From the sequence record MK250019.1: DNA of 64,000 nucleotides; one strand, written 5' to 3'. Both the position numbers and the translations under genes were made by a program. Of the stretch, positions 55,330 to 64,000 are shown piece after piece. Below the pieces are notes generated by a model. It was not told the DNA's origin. It worked only from the letters and a program-made list of their open reading frames with translations, and ran no database searches. Numbering within the stretch: position 1 is the first letter of the stretch; each line of letters begins with the position of its first letter.

Positions 55330-58300
55330 ATGGATAAGAAATGTTCTCAACTCATTATAGGTCAATCAATAATTCATAGTTTTAACCCTAAACCGTTTAA
55401 AAATATGGATACTGCTATTTATGCTCTCAATAACAAAGAATTAAGAGCTGGAGAAATTGCTATAGCATATTATAATGACCCTACTGAAACAAGAGGAATT
55501 GGAGCTATTGTAGCAACTGGTAATATTCTACCTGGAGGAAATCAAATATTCAAGAATACAGCATATACAGATAAACTTATAAAAAACGTTAAAGAATTAA
55601 TCGAATCTAATTCAGTTGATATAAGTGTAATAGAAGAAAACGTAAATAATAATATTGCAGATATTGCTGTTTTAAAAACATAGTTAAAAAAATTAACAGC
55701 AGATACAAATAATAATAATTCTTCAATAGATGATAAATTAAAAGAAATCAATATCATTATTGATAATATGAAAAAGGATGTTTCAAATATTATCGATAAT
55801 ATTAATAAAATTGTTGCTGATGCTTCAAAATCTATTGTTGATACAGCAGCTTCTGTTTCCAAAGATTATTTAGCAGCAGATACTTCATTAAAAAACTATG
55901 TTGATAATGAAAACATAAAAATTAATCAAAAAATTGATAATATTTCATCAAATTTTGATACAAAAGTCGAGGAAATTAGTACCAAAATAAATTCCAATAC
56001 AAGTATACTTGAAAATACAATAAATAATAATTCATCATTAATTTATAATGATATTTCAAAGTTAGATGATAAAGTAAATTCTTATAATACAAGTTTAAAT
56101 ACATCTTTAGCATTTAATGTTTCTACACTTAATTCTCGTATCGATGATAATAAAAATTATGTTGATATACGTGAATCTCTTATTAGAAAATATGTTGATT
56201 CTAAAGATGATCAAATAAACTGGAATATTAATGATACATCAAAACATATTCATTATCGTATTGATGAAGAAGTTCATAAACTTAATGATAGAATAACGCA
56301 GGAACATATTGATATGAATAGAGTTATTGCTGATAATAAAACAGAAGCAAAGCGCTATGCAGATCAAATGTTAACAGAAGCAAAATCATATACAGATGAA
56401 GTAGAAGAATATACTAAAGCTTCTATTAAACAAGCAGAACTTGATTCAAAGAAATATACAGATGATGAAATATCAAATTTAGATAATGAATTATCAGAAT
56501 CTATTCATAATACAAGTTTATATGCAAAAGAATGTTATGATGATGTAAAAAAACATCTTAAATTACAAAATGCATCATTAATTACATATGTAAATGATGA
56601 AATCAGAATGTGTGATGAACGAGTTACTGATAGAGTAAATAGTGTTAAAACATTAGTAGATTCTACAAAAACTCAGTTAAATACGTCTATTAATAAAGTA
56701 TATGAAAATGCATTAAAATATACTAATGACACTAAGAGTGAGATATTAAAACATATATTAATTAATGATATTAAAGTAAGGGAAGATTTTGCAAAAGCTG
56801 ATGCTGCATTAGATAAAAAAATTGATGATACTTCTAAATTATTAGGTGATTATGTTGATAATACGTCAAATGCTATTGTTGACCATATTAAAGATACATC
56901 AAAGTTAATATGGAATTATGTTGATAATACATCTAATGATATTGTTTCATATATTAATAATACATCTAATGATATTGTTTCATATATTAATAATACATCT
57001 AATGCTATTGTCGCATATATAGATAAGCAAGATAATGCATAGAAAGATTATACAGATGCAAAGAAAAAAGAAATAATTAATTTTGTTGAAGACCTTTCTA
57101 ATAATTTTAAAACTTATATTGATACCAGAGATAATGCAACATTAAGTGATGCAAAGATTTATACAAATGGAGAAATTCAAAAAGTTAATAATACAATAAC
57201 AACACTTGATGAAAAAGTAGAAGATTATAATAGAAATACACATGAATTAATTACAAATGTTTCAAATGGAATTATCAATGATTATAAAACAGAAATTAAA
57301 AATGTAATTGATGATGTTTCAAGAAATGATACATGGTTATATAATCATATCGAGAAATATAATACAGATCTTTCTGGTAAAATTGATACCAATAATCAAA
57401 CAGTAACAAAATTACTCAATGACGTTTCTGATGGTCTTTATCAAAAAATTGAGAATACATCAGATTATTTAGAAGAGGTTATTACTGCATTAGAAACAAA
57501 GCATAATGATGAAGTAAAGATAACAAATACTTCTATTATGAATTTTGTTAATTCTTATAATTCAAGTACTGCTACTGCTATTAATGCTCTTAATACAAGT
57601 ATTAATGATTATTGGAAAAATATAACAGATACAATTAATACAAATTTAGGAAATGTAAGTACAGGTGTTTTAGGAAAGATTAATACTATATAGAAAGATT
57701 TATCTACATATATTTAGACAGCTGAAAGTACATTAAATTCATTATATAAAAATGCAGATTCCAGTCTTCTTGGATATATAAATGATCAAGATACAAAACT
57801 TCAAAATAACATTGATGATATTTCTACAAAGATTGTTAATAAGTTTAATACTAAATGTGAAAAATTAAGTAATTTAATTAACACTACCACAACTAATTTA
57901 AATTCATCAATCAATAGTGTTCATGATACATTATTCCAGAAAATAGAAAATACATCTACAGAAATTGTTGATGCATTAAATACATCAATATCTAATATTA
58001 ATATTAAATTAGGTTAGGATAAATCTGAATTAATAACAAAGATTGATGATATTTCCACAAAGATTGTTGATGCGTTAAATGTTTCAATTAATGATATTAA
58101 TAAGTTGCTTAAACAGAAAGATGTAGAGTTAGATAACAAGATTGATACTACATACACCAAAATTATTGGAGAGATGAATGCATCTGATGGTATTTTAAAT
58201 AAACGTATAACCGATCTTGAAACAAAACATGTTAATGAATTAAAGCAAAAAGAAAAAGATCTTACAACATTAATTACTAACACAAAAACAGAATTATCTG

Positions 58301-59943
58301 ATCAACATACAAAAGATAAAAATGCTATTATTACAAAGTATGATAAATTAACATCTGATAATACTACTGCAATTGATAATGTTAGAAAAGATTTTGAAAC
58401 TGCAGATGAAGCAATCCATACAAAATATGATAAGTTATGTAAAGATAATAAAGATGAGTTAATAAGAAAAATTGATGATATTTCTACAAAGATTGTTAAT
58501 GCATTTAATACTTCTATTAGTAATGTATATGATGAATTAAAGTAGGCAGATAGTAATTTAGATATTAAATACAAAGGAATTACAGATGATATTATTACAG
58601 ATTTTAATACATCAATTGGTAAAGTATACAATGAATTAAAGCAAACAGATAGTGATTTATTAAAGAAAATTAATGACGCAAGTAGTTTAATTCCAAAAGC
58701 ATAGGATGGTGCTGTTACAACATATGAAGCATTGAAATATGTATGGAGTGACGGTAATAATGCTTCTGATAAATGTGTTGTTGGTGCAGGTTAGACTAAT
58801 GTTGTTTTAAAAGATAATAAAGTTCAATTTGTTTTAGGTGCATGGAATAATGGGACAACAAAGCTTCGTTATACAGAAATTCCAGAAACAACCACAACAA
58901 ATAATGGTCTTTTATCTATTGATTCTAAATAGAAATATGATAATTATGCAAATGAAATTCAAACTATTAATCAAACTATTACTGAAGTTAAATAGAATTT
59001 AAGAACAGAAACAACTACACGTTAGACTGAAGATCATAAGTTACAAACTAGTATTGATACAATTAATAATACTACAATACCTAATTTACATACAACTATT
59101 ACAACAGAAGTTAATAATAAATATGATCCACAAATTAAGACAATTAACGGTAAGATAACAAGTGAATCTACTACATTACAAGGTAATATAGATAATCTTA
59201 AAACAACATTACAAACTGATTATGACACTAAATTAAGTGAATTGAATACTTCTATTAATAATAAAGTATATAAAGTATTAGATGGTAGAATTACAGATAA
59301 AATAAGTACTGTAAATACAAATTATAAAGCAGAAGATTTACGCTTACAAGGTGAAATAGATAAGATTAATAATACTACTATTGATAAAAAGGTTAATGAT
59401 CTTAAAACAACATTAGAAGATAAGTATGATCCTGAAATAAAGACAATTAAACAAAATATTTCAACTAATCAGTCTGATATTATTGATAAAAAGCTACCAA
59501 GTTTAAAGACTTCTATTGAAACAGATTATAATAAGAAAATAACAGCTGAATCAAATGAACGAAAGATAACAGATTCATCATTAAAAACTGATATTGATTT
59601 ATTAACGAAGTCTGTTAATACCATAAGTAATCTTATCGGAACAGTAGATAAAGATAATAACAAAAATATTATTGAGATGTTTAAAGATGTAAATCAATCT
59701 ATTACAGATATTAAACAATCTATTGCTTAGTTAGATACTCGTATAACATCACTTGAAGCAACAGGTACAACACATCCTGATATTGAAAATAGGCTTAAAG
59801 TTCTCGAATCTAAATATAATTAGATAACAACAATGTCTAGTGATATTACTGATATTAAAGCAAAACTTAATAATATCAATGCTGATCACGAAAACTTATA
59901 TAATGGTGTAAAAACTTATAATGAATCATTAAACTATGATTAA
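55330..59943 (+). CDS. coiled-coil structural protein, paralogue family member 2 (1537 aa)
   Basis: N-domain LRAGEIAIAYYND...VATG and about 1400 aa of coiled coil. Four track ORFs join in one frame. Confidence 0.85.
56924..57010 (+). repeat. 33-bp tandem repeat (11-aa NNTSNDIVSYI), about 2.6 copies
   Basis: AATACATCTAATGATATTGTTTCATATATTAAT repeated in frame. Confidence 0.85.
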
Positions 59944-60030
59944 ATAAATATAATGGTGATATAGAAATGAAAAGCTATATCACCATTTATTGTTTTCAGA
60001 TAAATATAAAAAATATAGATTTTAATATAT

Positions 60031-61695
60031 ATGAATGTTTATGATTTACCTCCTCGCAGACCAGGAGTAAACGCATGTCACCCATGTCCACCTCCACCAC
60101 CAATGCCTCCACATTGTGGTCCTCATCATGGTCCATGTCATGATCCATTCCATGATCCTTGTTGTGAACCTCCACATCATTGTCATCCACCATATTAGAT
60201 AATTAATCATTATAATAAAGTATGTTTTAAAAATTATGATGAAGCAGTTAGTAAATTAAAAGTAAAGAATTTACTTCCTGGTGAAATGGCATTTGCTTAT
60301 TATTTTGATAAAACAGCAGATTATGGAATTAATGCTATTGCTGCAGTTGGCTCAATTAAATTAGGTGGAACTAATATTATCTATGATAATGCAGATAAAG
60401 TTCAACAACTTATGGATAAATTATAGGATACAGTTTCTGCAAATAATGAGAAATTTGATTCTATCAAAACCAAATTAGATATGTTGGATGATATTTCAAC
60501 AAAATTAGATAATATTATTAAAAATGATTCATCTAATTCATCCACTATTACTAGTTCACTTGATGGTATTAAAAAAGATATAGAAAATCTTAAAGATTCT
60601 GATACTTCTATATTCGAAAGACTTGATACTATTGATTCTCAAGTAAACCAGATTGGCGAATATTTAGAAACTCATGAAGAATTTGCGCAGGCATTGGATG
60701 CATCTGTAAAGAAACTTCGTGATGATGTAGATAATCTTGGACTTGATGGAAAACTTAATGAGTTAGATTAGAAGATTGAACAAACAAAGCAAGACATCCT
60801 TACATAGGCTACAGCAGATCATGCTAAACTTAAATCAGACTTTGAAAAGCAAATCAATGATTTATCTACTAATTACTCAAGTAGTCTTGACGATCTTAAA
60901 GTTGCAATCACTGCAGAAATTGAAGCTGCAACAACGCCTATAAAAAATGATATTTATGATTTATAGGTAAAAGACGGTGTATTAGATAAGAAAATTGATG
61001 ATACAAAAGTTGAAACTGTTACAGAATCTAAACAATATACAGATCAAAAAATTGAAGCTACAATGCAAGATATTAATACTTCATTAGGAAAAATGAAGAA
61101 TGATATTCATGATTTATCTGATCTTATTACTGAATCAAAAACTGATTCAACTACTGCACATCAAGAATTAAAAACTTATATTGATAGAATTAAAACAGAT
61201 ATTACTGGTGAAAATACAACTTTTAAAGGCGAAGTTACCGCAGAACTTAATTCTCAAAAGCAATATTTGAAAGATTCCATAGAAGGATTTAAGAGTGAAT
61301 ATACAGCATCAACAAATGATTCTATATAGAGAGAATGTGGAAAAGTATAGGCAAAACTTGAAGAGTTTATTAATACAGCAAATACAAAACATTCTGCAAT
61401 TGAAGCAAAAATTTTAACGATTAACCAAAATTTTGATACATATAAAACAGAAGTAAACGGTCAAGTTGATAATAAGATTGCTAAGTTAAATACAGATATG
61501 AGAAACTATCTTGATAAAGCAATTTCTTAGGATAGAATTCATTATGATGCAATATATGCACGTAAAGATGAAATGCATAAACAAATAAGTGGTGGTAAAG
61601 GTATTGTTATTGAAAATGGAGTAGCAAACCTTACTATTGATGATAATGGTATTTTAACAATTGGTGGTAAACATTATCAGTTAACACAGATTTAA
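60031..61695 (+). CDS. coiled-coil structural protein with His/Cys/Pro-rich N-terminus, paralogue family member 3 (554 aa)
   Basis: CHPCPPPPPMPPHCGPHHGPCHDPFHDPCCEPPHHCHPP, then LLPGEMAFAYYFD...AAVG and coiled coil. Confidence 0.85.
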
Positions 61696-61718
61696 TATTT
61701 TATTAAATAAACAATTAT

Positions 61719-61755
61719 AAAGAGACTATTTTTCGCGAATAGTCTCTTTCTTTTT
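61719..61755 (+). terminator. intrinsic terminator
   Basis: AAGAGACTATT / AATAGTCTCTT plus a T-tract. Confidence 0.8.
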
Positions 61756-61794
61756 AATAATAAATATAAAAAGAAATTTTAAACAAATATAAAC

Positions 61795-64000
61795 ATGGCA
61801 GGATTTATGGATAATAACAAATATGGTCATCATAATGTTCCACCTGTTGGCCTTAATGGATTTAATAAGATATGTTTCACTGATTAGAAAGAAGCAGAAA
61901 ATATGTTGTTAAATAAGGCATTGTTACCAGGTTAGCTTACATTCGCATACTATTATGATAATGATTCAGCTAATAGCGTTAATGTCATGGCAGCAGTCGG
62001 CACATTAAAAGGAGAGAAAGACAATCATATTTTTGTTAGTTATGAAACTATAAATTAGTTAATTGACTCTATAGATGATTCATTAGATGATTATGATACT
62101 AGCTTAATATATATTCGTAAGGAAGTTATGAATAAACTTTCTGTTTTAGAAGATGAATAGACTAAATTATCAAATAAGGTTGATAACATCTTACCAGATA
62201 TGCAACCAAAGTTTGATGAAATATATACAAAGTTAGAATCATTAGAATCAGCAGGAAAAGAATATACTGATACAAAAGTTAATGAATTAACTGAATATGT
62301 TAATTCTTCTGTAATGGAAAAGATTAATAATTATGAAGGCACAATGTCTGATATGATATTAGATGCATCTTCTAAATTAGATAACATGCAGAAGGAATTT
62401 GAATCAAAAGCGAAAGAAATTCTTAACAGAAGTGAAGATGTATATAATACTCTTGATGTTTCTCTTCGTAATTATGTTGATAATGAAATGTTGGGAATGC
62501 AACAGTTTGTTCATTCTGAAACAACACAAGCAGTTATTGACATGAATGCAAAATATGCTGTTTTGAAAAAAGCAGTTGCATCTATAAATGCGTCAGTTAA
62601 TGATGTAGATATTAAACATAACAAAAAGGAAACAGAATTAAATAGAACTATTGTTGAAACAGCAACACAATTAACAGAAGATTTATAGGTTGCTAATGTT
62701 TCACTTATTAATTATATTAATCAATAGTCAGAATTATTTAATAAGAGAATCGATAAGAAGATTGATGAACTTGAATTTAATGTAAAATCTAAAAATATTG
62801 ATTTAACAAATACAGTAGAAGAATATCAGCATAATATTAAAAATGATATTGCTGTATTCAATACATCTATGAGAACTTTTGTTAAATCAAGTCTTGCCAC
62901 AGTTTAGACAGATGTAAATTCAAAGTATTCAGAATTAAAAACATATGTTACATCAAATGATGCATCTTTATTAAATTATGTTAATGCACTTGAAGTTGCA
63001 TAGAAGACATATATCAATAAGCATGATTCTGAAATTAAATCTTGGATTGCAACTGCTAATACTTCTTTATTTAATATTGTACGTTCAACTGATAGTAAGT
63101 TAAAGGATGATATTGATGCAATGGATTCACGTCATCAGGCAATGTATCGTTCAGTAGAATCAAGACTCGATAATCTTATTGATGATATTTCAACAGATCT
63201 TAATATCCTTGTTAATGAATATAATAAGGAAATTAAAAACTTTACACGTAAACATGTAAGCGATCTTGAAAATCAACTTAAAGTTCAAAATGTAAGTCTT
63301 GTAAATTATATTGACGATAAAGCACAGGAAGGGGTTAATGAAACTCGTTTACTCAATGCATCTCTTCGCACACAATTAAAGAATACTGTAAATTTACTTA
63401 ATACAAGTATTAACAATTCAATTCAATATACAGACGATGAAATTTCTAATTTGAAAACATATGTTGATAATGAAAATTCATCTATTATAACTTATGTTGA
63501 TAATCAAGATTCAAAAGTTAAGTTATATGCTGAATTAAAAGATAAAGAAGTAAAAAATTATATTGATGAATTAGAAGAGCAACTTAAGAAATATTCTAAT
63601 GAAGGAGATTCTTCTGTTGTTAATTATATTAAATTAACAAAAGATAATATTGAAGAGTTTGTTAAAAAACAGGATGAAGATACATTAAAGAAAGCATATA
63701 TTCATGATGATGAAATCAGAAATAATATGATTGCAGACTATAATGCATTTGTTCGTAAGCAAAAAGATATTGATGCATCTTTATTAAATTATGTTAAAAA
63801 TACAGATACTTCATTATTTAATTATATTAAGAATAGAGATGAACAAATAAAGAGATGGATTGCTATTGGTGATACGTCAATTTATAATTATTTCAAGTCT
63901 ATTAATACATCATTATTTAATTATGTAACAAAGAAAGATACCGATTTACAGAATACTATTGTAAATACAGGTACAAAGTTACAAAATGATATGGAAGTAT
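61795..64000 (+). CDS. coiled-coil structural protein, paralogue family member 4 (partial, runs off the right edge)
   Basis: LLPG*LTFAYYYD...AAVG N-domain and DASL/NTSL/DTSL repeats. Confidence 0.85.

Noticed and set aside
56924-57010. Possible CRISPR array or DGR repeat
   Set aside because: Head-to-tail in-frame 33-bp coding repeat with no spacers. No cas or reverse transcriptase gene is seen in the window.
55542-60193. Minus-strand ORFs 55542, 58014, 58302 and 59996
   Set aside because: Antisense shadows of coiled-coil and His/Pro-rich coding sequence.
11071-64000. Interpreting TAG-broken genes as pseudogenes
   Set aside because: Breaks are exclusively TAG and in frame, with no frameshifts and intact catalytic motifs. 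This indicates recoding, not decay.

Overview
This is a 64 kb segment of a very AT-rich jumbo/mega-phage genome resembling the Lak-type phages of Bacteroidota (Prevotella-like hosts). TAG is read as a sense codon (most likely Gln, genetic code 15). Many short ORFs in the supplied track are therefore fragments of long genes that become continuous to a TAA/TGA when TAG is read through; coordinates below use that code. From left to right the window holds: a HEXXH metallopeptidase-domain gene and a MoxR-like AAA ATPase; a GIY-YIG endonuclease; small early genes; clpX with an intein in Walker B; a UvsY-like gene; a gp5-like baseplate spike; nrdG; sbcD/sbcC (gp47/gp46-like); a primase; a 1283-aa tail sheath; a Hef-like endonuclease; a HAD hydrolase, a Prs-like enzyme and grpE. 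A tRNA array follows (31.2-34.8 kb). It contains seven tRNA genes (one tRNA-Gly has a tRNA-like element nested in its intron), two tRNA-like RNAs with aberrant anticodon arms, and several unexplained structured non-coding tracts. After a GH73 lysin comes a 26 kb late structural module: a family of coiled-coil paralogues, an LTD/metallophosphoesterase protein and a 2891-aa CotH-kinase/LRR protein. Three promoter classes are visible: host-type TGTATCTTTG, a sigma70-like WARACW-N17-TATAAT, and a T4-late-like ATAAATA. They track with TAG usage. The best candidates for undescribed biology are the RNA cluster in the tRNA array, the putative virion kinase/phosphatase/Ser-motif fibre module, and the promoter-class/genetic-code partition. 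All domain calls come from motif recognition by eye, not database searches.
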